Part shown: positions 31,906-42,939 of the stretch, piece by piece
Layout: every line of letters begins with the position of its first letter
Position numbering within the stretch: the stretch's first letter is position 1
Source of the DNA: Bdellovibrionales bacterium
Lineage (GTDB): Bacteria; Bdellovibrionota; Bdellovibrionia; Bdellovibrionales; JAUICD01
Direction: 5' to 3'
DNA length: 64,000 nucleotides
Assembly (NCBI GenBank): GCA_965262715.1
Contig: OZ253553.1
Span: forward strand, 2,816,001 to 2,880,000
The notes under the pieces: generated by a model
Database searches by the model: none
What the model saw: the letters and a program-made list of their open reading frames with translations, nothing else
Told to the model about the DNA's origin: nothing
Made by a program: the position numbers and the translations under genes

Positions 31906-34245
31906 CATAATATTTGTCCAGTTGGGCAGACACAAGACCCATTACTACATTGTTTGCCATTGGTACATGTCACTCCAGTACAAGGGTTAGGTGTAACACA
32001 GCGGCCATTACTACATTGCTGACCACCGGTACATCCAGGACAACATTGTCCAGTTGGGCAGACACAAGACCCATTACTACATTGTTTGCCACTGGTACAT
32101 GTCACTCCAGCACAAGGGTTAGGTGTAACACACTGGCCATTACTACATTGCTTGCCACCGGTACATCCAGGACAACATTGCCCAGTTGGGCAGACACAAG
32201 ACCCATTACTACATTGTTTGCCACCGGTACATGTCACTCCAGCACAAGGGTCAGGCGTAACACATTGGCCACTCTTACATTGTTTGCCACCGGTACATCC
32301 AGGACAACATTGTCCAGTTGGGCAGACACAAGACCCATTACCACATTGTTTGCCATTGGTACATGTCACCCCAGCACAAGGGTCAGGCGTAACACACTGG
32401 CCATTACTACATTGTTTGCCACCGGTACATGTCACTCCAGTACAAGGGTCAGGCGTAACACATTGGCCACTCTTACATTGCTTGCCACTGGTACATCCAG
32501 GACAACATTGTCCAGCTGGGCAGACACAAGACCCATTACTACATTGTTTGCCATTGGTACATGTCACTCCAGCACAAGGGTCAGGCGTAACACATTGGCC
32601 ACTCTTACATTGCTTGCCACTGGTACATCCAGGACAACATTGTCCAGCTGGGCAGACACAAGACCCATTACTACATTGTTTGCCATTGGTACATGTCACC
32701 CCAGCACAAGGGTCAGGCGTAACACATTGGCCACTCTTACATTGCTTGCCACTGGTACATCCAGGACAACATTGTCCAGTTGGGCAGACACAAGACCCAT
32801 TACTACATTGTTTGCCATTGGTACATGTCACTCCAGCACAAGGGTCAGGCGTAACACACTGGCCATTACTACATTGTTTGCCATCGGTGCATTCAGGACA
32901 ACATTGCCCATTTGGACAAGAAGGTGATGAAGTTGTAGTTGTCACAGATGGATCAATTTCAAAATCCATTCTTTTTTGAGATTGAATATCACGCTGGCTT
33001 GACTGTGTGATAGGGCATACATGTGATCCAAGTCTCTTATCAGTAGGTCCAAAGTAACAATAATCACCATCTTCTTCACAATAATAATAATAACTTTGTG
33101 AAGCAGACTGACCTTGGCTGTTAGATGCAAAAAGAGTGACTGTTCCTTCTATACAATCTGTATCTGAACTTGCAGGAATTCGTATCAACTCCCCATCACA
33201 ACTAAAATTAACTTTACTACCACTATTAGCTTGATACTGGCAGGTATCTGCATTAAGCACTTCTATTTGTACAAAACGAGTTATCTCTGATCTTTCATAT
33301 CTGTAAATGTCATTGTTCTCTAGTATTATAAGTATATTATTTGTACCGTCCGTAAAATCTAATGGATTGAAATAAGGTGTTACATTTGAAGTGACAGTTA
33401 CTTCTTTTTTTCTATAGGTCAGACATCCAGCTTTTGTAGTATCAGAGCTTACAGCAGAAACTTCAATCAGCAAAGTTCCAGGGCTTTCAGATGAAAGATC
33501 TACTTCTAATGTGTCTACATCTGTCTCGTTTGTTGTAGTTTCTCCTGAAGGAAGTGTAGCTTTCCATTGAATGGAAGAGAAGTTTGCGCTATCTTTCAAG
33601 GCAAATGTAATAGCGTCGGATGCTCCGGCTTTAAGAGAGGCTGCACTATCTGATGAGAGTTCTATTTCTAAAATATCATTAAGCGAGCAAGAACCTCCGA
33701 CCACAAATCTTTTACTAGCACTTGTTTTAAGCGTGGTTGACTGATAGGCGTTGGCAGACACATCATAAGCTCCTAATCCTGAAGAAAATTTTGTTTGATA
33801 TGTCTCTGCTGTTGTTGGAGCATCTGTTACGATAGAATCAAAGCCTCTTTGGATCGACCACTTGTAATTGTCAGAAACTGGATCAGCATTGAGGAATTGT
33901 AGTTTTATATCTGACTCAGAAGGAAGGAGGCGATCTTCTTTAGCCTCATCTGTCGTAGTATCTATTTCAATAATTTGTCCTTTTTCATAGGTGACTTCTG
34001 CAGGGCTTGAGTTTCCTAATGAAGTATCTACATCAGTTTTTTTACAGTTTTGAAAAGAAAGTAGAAAAATAGGGATAAAAGCGGTTAGAATATATAGAGT
34101 ATTTAAGTATGTAGGATTTGAATCTCTCAAAAAAGAAATGAGTTTTCTTTTTAGTTTGTTACAAGCTTTAGAATACTTTTGAAATTTACTCAAAATCTGA
34201 ATTCCTATATTTTTTGTTTATTTTAAGATGTAAGGCTATAATAAG

Positions 34246-34274
34246 TTTTCGGCTAAAGTCTTAAATAGCATTAG
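34246..34274 (-). promoter_or_regulatory. sigma28 (FliA)-like promoter candidate for Cys-rich paralog 1
   Basis: CTAAT-N16-GCCGAAAA on the minus strand; conserved at 40927-40955 before paralog 2. Confidence 0.45.
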
Positions 34275-34420
34275 AGAGATTTTGTCTTATTTTCGCACAA
34301 ATCTAAGATTGCTAATTTTTTGGACAACAAAATTTATTTAAGAAGATAAGCGCAGATTTTTAGTGAGAAAAACTCGAATCAATCTGCTTTGGAGACTTTG
34401 ATAAGTTTGAGATGATATTT

Positions 34421-34667
34421 TTCTATAAAACTAGCTATTCCTAACTCCAAGGTTAAAAAAGGGGAGAAGGCAAAGGCGGTGATTGTTAGAATGATACACA
34501 AACAACGAAGACCGGATGGGAGTTATATAAGGTTTGATGAAAATGCTATGGTTTTAGTCAATGCCAATAAGGAGTCTATAGGTACACGCATTTTTGGCCC
34601 AGTTGTTCGAGAATTAAGAGTTAAGAAGTTTGTTAAGATCATTTCTTTAGTCCCAGAAGTTCTATAA
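34421..34667 (+). pseudogene. rplN: diverged duplicate of the 3' two-thirds of rplN
   Basis: Matches about 27657-27903 with scattered substitutions; no 5' end. Confidence 0.92.
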
Positions 34668-34674
34668 AAAATAA

Positions 34675-35573
34675 GGTTCATGACACCATCAGGACCTTAT
34701 TAGGTGTGTTTTTTTTATTAATAGTAAATGGTTTTTTACTTGTTTTTTTATATTTCAATATATCTAATTTAAATTATTTTCTACAAGTAAAAAAACATTT
34801 CATTAATCATCAGTCAATACTTTTCTAATTTTTTTATAATGGATTATTTCTAATAATTTTTAATAATAATTCATATAAATTATCTTTTCTATAATTGAAT
34901 CTAAATTCACATTCCTTAAGGTGTAAGCAGAATGTTTTTTTATTCATACCTCTAAACTTAAAAAGTCTTACTTTAGCCAGACCCCAAAAATTTTCTATTC
35001 CATTAATGTGATTGTTAATATTTTTTTCTTTTTTAGCGAATTCATTCTTTCCATGATGTACACGGTAATGTCTCTTATACCCTATATTTACAAGGCTATC
35101 ATAGGATTTAAAACCATCTGTAAAAACAGTAGCACTCTTAGGTGTTTTTTGGCTTATGAGAAGCACGAGAATGCTTTGTGAGCAATTTTTAATCACTTGA
35201 GTATATACTTTGCCTTTTCTTTTTTTCAAACCAAAGACGATCGTTTTCCCACTTGATCCTCTACCACGAAGACCATGAACCCGTTTAGCTCCAAAATAAC
35301 TTTCATCTATTTCAATTTCTCCTTTTGAAAAAATACTTTCCTTTTCACAAAATTCAGCTATTCTTATGCGAAGCTTTTTTAAAATTCTGTTAATAGCATT
35401 TCTGCTTATACCGGAAAAATAACTTATTTGTTGAGCTGTTAAATCTCCTGAAAAATAACGGATAATTTCTCTAAATTTCTTCTCAGAAATGAGGGAACAG
35501 ATAATATACTTGTTTTTCATAGTCATAACAGTAAGTTAAACACTCTAAAAGTCAACTGATGGTGTCATGAACC
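34675..35573 (-). mobile_element. IS1595-family element, 899 bp
   Basis: Perfect 18-bp TIR GGTTCATGACACCATCAG; 8-bp target duplication AAAAATAA. Confidence 0.96.
34834..35526 (-). CDS. IS1595-family transposase
   Basis: EIDESYFG, FTDGFKSY, NHINGIENFW, ECEFRFN. Confidence 0.95.
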   Translation of the reverse strand: MTMKNKYIICSLISEKKFREIIRYFSGDLTAQQISYFSGISRNAINRILKKLRIRIAEFCEKESIFSKGEIEIDESYFGAKRVHGLRGRGSSGKTIVFGLKKRKGKVYTQVIKNCSQSILVLLISQKTPKSATVFTDGFKSYDSLVNIGYKRHYRVHHGKNEFAKKEKNINNHINGIENFWGLAKVRLFKFRGMNKKTFCLHLKECEFRFNYRKDNLYELLLKIIRNNPL

Positions 35574-35624
35574 AAAAATAATTTTAAATTATTTAGTTTG
35601 GATTTGAAAGTAAAGTGATTGTTA

Positions 35625-38600
35625 TTATGGTGTGCAGACATGTGTTTTACAACTACAGCCATCGGGTTGATTAGGTGGTCTAGGATGACACCATTGTATT
35701 GTACAAGACCCTCTTCCTAAATACTCAGCTGGTGAAGATGCCTTACAATTTGAGGGTAATGTTTGTATAATTCTACATTCTGGCTCAATTCGGGTTGCTC
35801 CTATGTTACAATAGGCTTCTTTTGTGGTGCATGAAGCTGTTTGATATCCTTGTCCTTCACAACTCCAAGTGTATTGACGTGTTTTATATCTGAAACCAGC
35901 AGGTAAGCTGCTGTAAGATATACCGCCCCAATGTGTAGGAAAGGTTTTGTTTGTAGCAGTGCAGCCATTGCCGCACTGATGGACAAGGTTCTTTGGGCCG
36001 CATGTACATTCTGGTTTAGCTCTTCTTTTCCAGCAACTGCCGCTTTGGTAGCATTCTTGAGTGGATGGTAATCCAGATTGACATAGACGTGATGAAGTAT
36101 ATTCACCAGAGCCAGTACATGATGGCTTGTTCGTAAAGCACCTGATACTTGATTGACAGACTTGAGGTTGTCCTGCTGAAGGTCCATTTGCTGAAGGTGA
36201 AGCTGCGCAAGTCCAATTGTATGTTGTAGTGTCTACAGGATGAGGATGGAAGTAACCTTTTTTGCAGCATGTTGTGTTGAGCGCATTAGGCGAGGTACCA
36301 CCACCACAAGTAGAGTTACCACCTGCACAGTCACATGCAGGTAATGGTATTAGTTTTCGACAAGTTGTAGCAGTATTGCCTTTAGGAGTACCAGCTCCTG
36401 GGCAATGCCATCGGTCATATCCGCCACTAGCGGTTTTATTTATAGCAGCAGCTGGAGAGGAGCAACCATATTTTGTATTGTTATTGCATTGACCATGTAC
36501 TGTTGTAGGTATTAGTTTTCGACAAGTTGTAGCAGTATTACCTTTAGGTGTACCAGAACCTGGGCAATGCCAGCGGTCATATCCACCACTAGCAGTTTTA
36601 TTTGTAGCTGCTGCAGAAGAAGTACAGCCATATTTTACATTGTTATTGCACTGACCATTTACTGTTGCGGTTACACATGAATTACCGCTTTTTGAGTAAC
36701 CTGTGTTACAAGACCAACTGTTATAACATCCATTACTATCTCTATTACAAGTAGAGTTTGCAGGCTTAGTCCTATTGCATGAACTAGAAGTAGAACAGTT
36801 AGGTATTGTTTTTTGACAACTTCTTGCTGTAGTTCCAGCAGGTGTACCAGAACCTGGGCAATGCCATCGGTCATATCCGCCACTAGCGGTTTTATTTATA
36901 GCAGCAGCTGGAGAGGAGCAACCATATTTTGTATTGTTATTGCATTGACCATGTACTGTTGTAGGTATTAGTTTTCGACAAGTTGTAGCAGTATTACCTT
37001 TAGGTGTACCAGAACCTGGGCAATGCCAGCGGTCATATCCACCACTAGCAGTTTTATTTGTAGCTGCTGCAGAAGAAGTACAGCCATATTTTACATTGTT
37101 ATTGCACTGACCATTTACTGTTGCGGTTACACATGAATTACCGCTTTTTGAGTAACCTGTGTTACAAGACCAACTGTTATAACATCCATTACTATCTCTA
37201 TTACAAGTAGAGTTTGCAGGCTTAGTCCTATTGCATGAACTAGAAGTAGAACAGTTAGGTATTGTTTTTTGACAACTTCTTGCTGTAGTTCCAGCAGGTG
37301 TACCAGAACCTGGGCAATGCCAGCGGTCATATCCACCACTAGCAGTTTTATTTGTAGCTGCTGCAGAAGAAGTACAGCCATATTTTACATTGTTATTGCA
37401 CTGACCATTTACTGTTGCGGTTACACATGAATTACCGCTTTTTGAGTAACCTGTGTTACAAGACCAACTGTTGTAACATCCATTACTATCTCTATTACAA
37501 GTAGAGTTTGCAGGCTTAGTCCTATTGCATGAACTAGAAGTAGAACAGTTAGGTATTGTTTTTTGACAACTTCTTGCTGTAGTTCCAGCAGGTGTACCAG
37601 AACCTGGGCAATGCCAGCGGTCATATCCACCACTAGCAGTTTTATTTGTAGCTGCTGCAGAAGAAGTACAGCCATATTTTACATTGTTATTGCACTGACC
37701 ATTTACTGTTGCGGTTACACATGAATTACCGCTTTTTGAGTAACCTGTGTTACAAGACCAACTGTTGTAACATCCATTACTATCTCTATTACAAGTAGAG
37801 TTTGCAGGCTTAGTCCTATTGCATGAACTAGAAGTAGAACAGTTAGGTATTGTTTTTTGACAACTTCTTGCTGTAGTTCCAGCAGGTGTACCAGAACCTG
37901 GGCAATACCAGCGGTCATATCCACCACTAGCAGTTTTATTTGTAGCTGCTGCAGAAGAAGTACAGCCATATTTTACATTGTTATTGCACTGACCATTTAC
38001 TGTTGCGGTTACACATGAATTACCGCTTTTTGAGTAACCTGTGTTACAAGACCAACTGTTGTAACATCCATTACTATCTCTATTACAAGTAGAGTTTGCA
38101 GGCTTAGTCCTATTGCATGAACTGGAAGTTGTACAGGTTACGCAGCTATTACCGCTTTTTGAATAACCTGTGTTACAAGACCAGCTATTGTAACATCCAT
38201 TACTATCTCTATTACAAGTAGAGTTTGCAGGTTTGGTGCTATCACATGAACTGGAAGTTGTACAAGTTACGCAGCTATTACCACTTTTTCGGTAACCTGT
38301 GTTACAAGACCAGCTATTGTAACATCCATTACTATCTCTATTACAAGTAGAGTTTGCAGGTTTACTGCTATCACATGAATTAGAAGTTGTACAGGTTACA
38401 CAGCTATTAACACTTTTGCGATAATCAGTATCACATGTCCAAGCATAACATCCATTGCCTTGTGAGCTACACGTAGAATTACTAGGGTTTGCATTGTTAC
38501 ATGCACTTGATAAAGTATACTGCCCACTTGGACACGAGCCTGTTCTTTGATAACATCCATTAGTTTGCTGTTGACAGGTTTGATATGCTGGTTTGCCACT

Positions 38601-40868
38601 GTTGCATGCACTTGATGAAGTGTACTGCCCACTTGGACACGAGCCTGTTCTTTGATAACATCCATTAGTTTGCTGTTGGCAGGTTTGATATGCTGGTTTG
38701 CCACTGTTGCATGTACTTGATGAAGTGTACTGCCCACTTGGACATGAACTACTACAAGTGTCTGATGATGTGTAACCACTTTTAGTACAAGTCCATCGAT
38801 GAAGAGTTGGAGTATCACTTGGTCTTTGGCTGGCACTGCAAGTGTTGCCACATCCATTAACTACAGAATTGTCACAAGTACAGCTTGATGGAGGAGGGAG
38901 AGCACATAAATTGCCACTTTTTGAGTACCCTGTGTTACAAGACCAGCTATAACACCCATTACTGTCTGCTCGACATGTTGAGTTTGTAGGCTTACTGTTA
39001 TTACATGAAGTAGAAGTAAGACAATTTGGTATTCTTGCTTGACAATTTGTAGCAGTATTTCCAACAGGGTTACCTGAGCCTGGACAATGCCAACGATCAT
39101 ACCCACCACTAGCAGTTTTATTAGTAGTTGCTGCTGATGATGAACAACTATACTTTACATTATTATTACACTGACCATGTTCTGTTGTGGATTTTGCTTT
39201 TTGACAATTTGTAGCAGTATTGCCCCCGTTTGAACCTACACAATGCCATCTGTAAAGAGTGTTTGTATCTGCTATGGCACTAGGGTTTGCAGTTCCAGTG
39301 GAGCAACCATTTCTAACAGAATTATTACAGACACCATTAACTGATTTTGCTTTTTGACAATTTGTAACAGTATTGCCCCCGTTTGAACCTACGCAATGCC
39401 ATTTGTAAAGAGTGCTTGTATCTGCGATAGCATTGTCATTTGCGGTTCCTTTAGAACATCCATTTCTAACAGAATTATTACAGACACCATTAACTGGAGG
39501 AGAATTTGTAATTGGAGGAGGTGGTGCAGTTGTAACTGGCGGAGGAGGTGGTGCAGTTGTGACTGGCGGAGGAGGTGGTGCAGTTGTAGCAGGAGGAGTT
39601 ATAGTTGATGAAGTTGTAGTTGTCACAGATGGATCAACTTCAAAATCACTTCTTTTTTGAGATTGAATGTCACGCTGGCTTGATTGTGTGATAGGACATA
39701 CATGTGATCCAAGTCTCTCATCAGTAGGTCCAAAGTAACAATAATCACCATCTTCTTCACAATAATAATAATAACTTTGTGAAGAAGACTGACCTTGAGT
39801 GTTAGATGCAAAGAGAGTGATTGTTCCTTCTATGCAATCTGTGCCTGAGCTAGCAGGGATTTCTATCAATTCTCCATCACAGCTAAAATCAATTTTACTG
39901 CTATTATTAGCCTGATACTGGCAGCTATCTGCATTAAGCACTTCTATTTGTACAAAACGAGTTGTCTCTGATCTTTCATATTTATAAATGTGATTGTTTT
40001 CTAGTATTACAGGTATGTTATTTGTACCGTCTGTAAAATCTAATGGATTAAAATAAGGTGTTACATTTGAAGTGACAGTTACTTCTTTTTTTCTATAGGT
40101 CAGACATCCAGCCTTTGCAGAATCAGAGCTTGTAGCAGAAACTTCAATCAGCAGAGTTCCAGGGTTTTCAGATGAGAGATCCACTTCTAATGTATCTACA
40201 TCTGTCTCGTTTGTTGTAGTTTCTCCTGAAGGAAGTGTAGCTTTCCATTGAATGGAAGAGAAGCTTGCGCTATCTTTCAAGGCAAATGTAATAGCGTCGG
40301 ATGCACCGGTTTTAAGAGAGGCTGCGCTATCTGATGAGAGTTCTATTTCTAAAATATCATTAAGTGAGCAAGACTCTCCAACCACAAGTCTTTTACTAGC
40401 TCTCGTTTTAAAGGCACTTGATTGATAAGCATTAGCAGAGACATCATGTGTCCCCAGCTGAGAAAACTTTGTTTGATATGTATCTACTGTTGTTGGGCTA
40501 TTTGTTACAATAGATTCAAAGCCTCTTTGGATCGACCATTTGTAATTGTCAGAAACTGGATCAGCACCAATGAGTTGAAACTTTATATCTGAGTTACTAG
40601 GAAGAAGACGATCTTCTTTAACAGCTCCATCTGTAGTATCTATTTCAATAATCTGGCCTCTTTCATAAGTGACTTCTGCAAGCCTTGAGCCTCCTAATGA
40701 GGTATCTATATCAGTTGTTCTACAATTTTGAAAAGAAAGTAGAAAGATAGGAATAAAGAGAATTAAGAGATATGAAAGATTCAGGTATGTAGGATTTGAA
40801 TCTCTAAAAAAAGAAATGAATTTTCTTTTTAGTTTATTATGAATCTTAGAATATTGAAATTTATTCAA
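35625..40868 (-). CDS. giant Cys/Ser/Thr-rich repeat secreted protein (paralog 2, 1747 aa)
   Basis: SFQNC signal, ~420-aa N-domain shared with paralog 1, PPPPVTTA linker, 294-bp and shorter Cys repeats. Confidence 0.88.
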   Translation of the reverse strand: MNKFQYSKIHNKLKRKFISFFRDSNPTYLNLSYLLILFIPIFLLSFQNCRTTDIDTSLGGSRLAEVTYERGQIIEIDTTDGAVKEDRLLPSNSDIKFQLIGADPVSDNYKWSIQRGFESIVTNSPTTVDTYQTKFSQLGTHDVSANAYQSSAFKTRASKRLVVGESCSLNDILEIELSSDSAASLKTGASDAITFALKDSASFSSIQWKATLPSGETTTNETDVDTLEVDLSSENPGTLLIEVSATSSDSAKAGCLTYRKKEVTVTSNVTPYFNPLDFTDGTNNIPVILENNHIYKYERSETTRFVQIEVLNADSCQYQANNSSKIDFSCDGELIEIPASSGTDCIEGTITLFASNTQGQSSSQSYYYYCEEDGDYCYFGPTDERLGSHVCPITQSSQRDIQSQKRSDFEVDPSVTTTTSSTITPPATTAPPPPPVTTAPPPPPVTTAPPPPITNSPPVNGVCNNSVRNGCSKGTANDNAIADTSTLYKWHCVGSNGGNTVTNCQKAKSVNGVCNNSVRNGCSTGTANPSAIADTNTLYRWHCVGSNGGNTATNCQKAKSTTEHGQCNNNVKYSCSSSAATTNKTASGGYDRWHCPGSGNPVGNTATNCQARIPNCLTSTSCNNSKPTNSTCRADSNGCYSWSCNTGYSKSGNLCALPPPSSCTCDNSVVNGCGNTCSASQRPSDTPTLHRWTCTKSGYTSSDTCSSSCPSGQYTSSSTCNSGKPAYQTCQQQTNGCYQRTGSCPSGQYTSSSACNSGKPAYQTCQQQTNGCYQRTGSCPSGQYTLSSACNNANPSNSTCSSQGNGCYAWTCDTDYRKSVNSCVTCTTSNSCDSSKPANSTCNRDSNGCYNSWSCNTGYRKSGNSCVTCTTSSSCDSTKPANSTCNRDSNGCYNSWSCNTGYSKSGNSCVTCTTSSSCNRTKPANSTCNRDSNGCYNSWSCNTGYSKSGNSCVTATVNGQCNNNVKYGCTSSAAATNKTASGGYDRWYCPGSGTPAGTTARSCQKTIPNCSTSSSCNRTKPANSTCNRDSNGCYNSWSCNTGYSKSGNSCVTATVNGQCNNNVKYGCTSSAAATNKTASGGYDRWHCPGSGTPAGTTARSCQKTIPNCSTSSSCNRTKPANSTCNRDSNGCYNSWSCNTGYSKSGNSCVTATVNGQCNNNVKYGCTSSAAATNKTASGGYDRWHCPGSGTPAGTTARSCQKTIPNCSTSSSCNRTKPANSTCNRDSNGCYNSWSCNTGYSKSGNSCVTATVNGQCNNNVKYGCTSSAAATNKTASGGYDRWHCPGSGTPKGNTATTCRKLIPTTVHGQCNNNTKYGCSSPAAAINKTASGGYDRWHCPGSGTPAGTTARSCQKTIPNCSTSSSCNRTKPANSTCNRDSNGCYNSWSCNTGYSKSGNSCVTATVNGQCNNNVKYGCTSSAAATNKTASGGYDRWHCPGSGTPKGNTATTCRKLIPTTVHGQCNNNTKYGCSSPAAAINKTASGGYDRWHCPGAGTPKGNTATTCRKLIPLPACDCAGGNSTCGGGTSPNALNTTCCKKGYFHPHPVDTTTYNWTCAASPSANGPSAGQPQVCQSSIRCFTNKPSCTGSGEYTSSRLCQSGLPSTQECYQSGSCWKRRAKPECTCGPKNLVHQCGNGCTATNKTFPTHWGGISYSSLPAGFRYKTRQYTWSCEGQGYQTASCTTKEAYCNIGATRIEPECRIIQTLPSNCKASSPAEYLGRGSCTIQWCHPRPPNQPDGCSCKTHVCTP

Positions 40869-41177
40869 AACCTGAATCCCTAATAACTTTTTGTGTTTCT
40901 TTTTAATATATAAGGCCTATAATAAGTCTTCGGCTAAAATCTTAAATAGCATTAGAGAGATTTTGTCTTATTTTCGCACAAATCTAAGATTGCTGATTTT
41001 TTGAATAAGAAAGCTCACTTAAGAAGATTAAGTGCAGAGAGTTTTTAGTGAAATGTAACGACAAAATCTGTCAGTATTTTTACAGAAAATGTCTCTTTTT
41101 AAAAATTATATATTGTGAAAATAAATCTAAAATGGAGATAAAACGGGTTTTGGTAAATATCTTAGGCAATATTCAAG

Positions 41178-41194
41178 TTGGCAAAGAACTTGCT
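41178..41194 (+). promoter_or_regulatory. sigma54 promoter candidate
   Basis: TTGGCAAAGAACTTGCT, GG-N10-GC, upstream of the small ORF. Confidence 0.5.
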
Positions 41195-41247
41195 AGTAAA
41201 TAAGGCATATATCCGAAAGTAGAACGTAGTTTCAAGGAGTGTGTATT

Positions 41248-41508
41248 ATGAATAAAAATATGTATGTTACTGAAAAAGTTTTCCGATTTCTTTCCCTTTC
41301 TATAGTGGGCATAGCTTTTAATATCGCTATATCTTATGCATCAAACATGTCAAAAGAGATGATGTCTACTAAATTAGATCAGACAGTTGAATCAGTTCAA
41401 ACTTTATCTATGAATGATGTCTACTAAATTAGATCAGACAGTTGAATCAGTTCAAACTTTATCTATGAAAACAAATAGTGATTTACCACTTGTAGAACTT
41501 AAATTTTA
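41248..41508 (+). pseudogene. small secreted protein frameshifted by a 55-bp tandem duplication
   Basis: Repeat units start at 41359 and 41414; hydrophobic N-terminus. Confidence 0.55.
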
Positions 41509-42018
41509 GTTTTCCATTAAGTTATCTTCTGTTGTGTCGCTTGGGCTTTCTTCAAAAAACTCTGGAAACCAAGACGAGATTAAGGAAGAACTTTCTGGAA
41601 GCAAAATAGTTCTTGAAAGTTCCCAAATTATGTTTCCATTGTCAGACATAAGATTATATTGAATATAAACCCCTTCTTGTTCTTCTTCTTCATTTTCCAA
41701 TCCTTCTTCTTGCCAAACATCTAATAGAATTTCTAATTTCAAATTGCCTTTTGTATTTGTATTGAAAGGAGGTCTATGTCCATCTATAAGATCTCTTGCT
41801 TCCTGATTAAGAGGCTCTACAGAAATAGCTTTTACATTTTTCAATTCATCAGGTAAGCTTTTATTTTTTTGTAACAACTGAACATCATCTGCCCAAAGTT
41901 TAAAGAATAGATCGGATTTATCAGGAACTATAAAAAGATCCCATATCACAAGGCCAAAAACTACAATTAAAATTAAGCCAATCACTTGTTTTGTTTTTGT
42001 TACTTTTTTCATATCCAC
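41506..42018 (-). CDS. hypothetical membrane-anchored protein
   Basis: 170-aa ORF with one N-terminal TM helix. Confidence 0.7.
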   Translation of the reverse strand: MDMKKVTKTKQVIGLILIVVFGLVIWDLFIVPDKSDLFFKLWADDVQLLQKNKSLPDELKNVKAISVEPLNQEARDLIDGHRPPFNTNTKGNLKLEILLDVWQEEGLENEEEEQEGVYIQYNLMSDNGNIIWELSRTILLPESSSLISSWFPEFFEESPSDTTEDNLMEN

Positions 42019-42098
42019 CTCTATTCATTATTTAAGTAGTTTTATGACGTTAAGGATAAACGTTGTTATTTCTTTTAAAATGTCTTTTTTTGTCTAAG

Positions 42099-42252
42099 GG
42101 TTTGTGGCAGAAGTTCTTGCTAGCTAGCAGGCACCCCCGAGCATTGCACCTTTAGTAACTTTATGAACTTATTATAGAATCAATCATTTTCTCAGAATCC
42201 TTATCTCATAATGCTCTGGCCTGAAGGCTAGCTCAAATTTCTGCCACAAACC
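42099..42252. ncRNA. candidate long-hairpin ncRNA or MITE
   Basis: Nested IRs GGTTTGTGGCAGAA/TTCTGCCACAAACC, GCTAGC/GCTAGC, CAGG/CCTG, GAGCATT/AATGCTC. Confidence 0.45.
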
Positions 42253-42282
42253 TCTATGAAGGTTTTCCTTACTAATACACTA

Positions 42283-42939
42283 TTATGATCTATAATTACT
42301 TGTCATTATTTCTTTACAATATGCTGTTATCTCCTTATTAACATTTAGTTTATCACATAATACATCAAGTAGGTTATTTAATGCGTCCTTATCTCCAGTA
42401 ACCATTTCATAAAAAGACATACCATCTATTTTATACAATTCTTTCTTACTTCCCAATTTTTTTAACCTTTCTTTATAGTATTTAGCTTTTTTAGGAAGGA
42501 TAGATACGAGGTAACCTTTCCAACAACCTCTTTTTAGTTCAAGTGCTGTTTGTAACTTACTATAAACTTTATCTTTATTATCTTTATTCATTGTATTGTG
42601 CTTATTTTTGATCTCTGCTAATATTTTTTTTTCTAGGTTTTCAAGATCATAACCTGAATCATAATTTTCCCATCCACTAACAGAGCCCAAAATATTTTGA
42701 TGAAAATTTCCGATTGCATTAGACATTCCTCTAAGTGCTGAATTTTTATCTTGCAGTTCTAATAGATCTGATTTTTGTTTTATTTCAAAAGTATTTGTAA
42801 TTAGTAATGAATAAAAAGGGTCCACTCCATTCTTTTTTTGCCGTGATGTAACATTTTTTAAGGATTTTCTTGCGCTCTCACAAAGTTTTTCTATAGCACT
42901 ATCGAGATCTTTTTCAGAGATCCATTGTAAGCTGTTCAT
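42283..42939 (-). CDS. Eco47II-family type II restriction endonuclease
   Basis: IGNFHQNILG, GYD, AEIKNKHNTMN. Confidence 0.8.
   Translation of the reverse strand: MNSLQWISEKDLDSAIEKLCESARKSLKNVTSRQKKNGVDPFYSLLITNTFEIKQKSDLLELQDKNSALRGMSNAIGNFHQNILGSVSGWENYDSGYDLENLEKKILAEIKNKHNTMNKDNKDKVYSKLQTALELKRGCWKGYLVSILPKKAKYYKERLKKLGSKKELYKIDGMSFYEMVTGDKDALNNLLDVLCDKLNVNKEITAYCKEIMTSNYRS

Larger units (their letters stand above)
28079..34193 (-). pseudogene. giant Cys-rich repeat secreted protein (paralog 1) interrupted by IS1634
   Basis: N-half 34193-31906 with SFQNC signal; C-half 29956-28079; 66-bp and 75-bp Cys repeats. Confidence 0.85.

Noticed and set aside
28234..32979. Long alternative-frame and antisense ORFs (28234-29133, 29106-30026, 29198-29974, 31914-32927, 32086-32979)
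   Set aside because: By-products of stop-free tandem repeats in the Cys-rich gene
35801..39811. Short overlapping ORFs inside Cys-rich paralog 2
   Set aside because: Shadow frames of coding repeats
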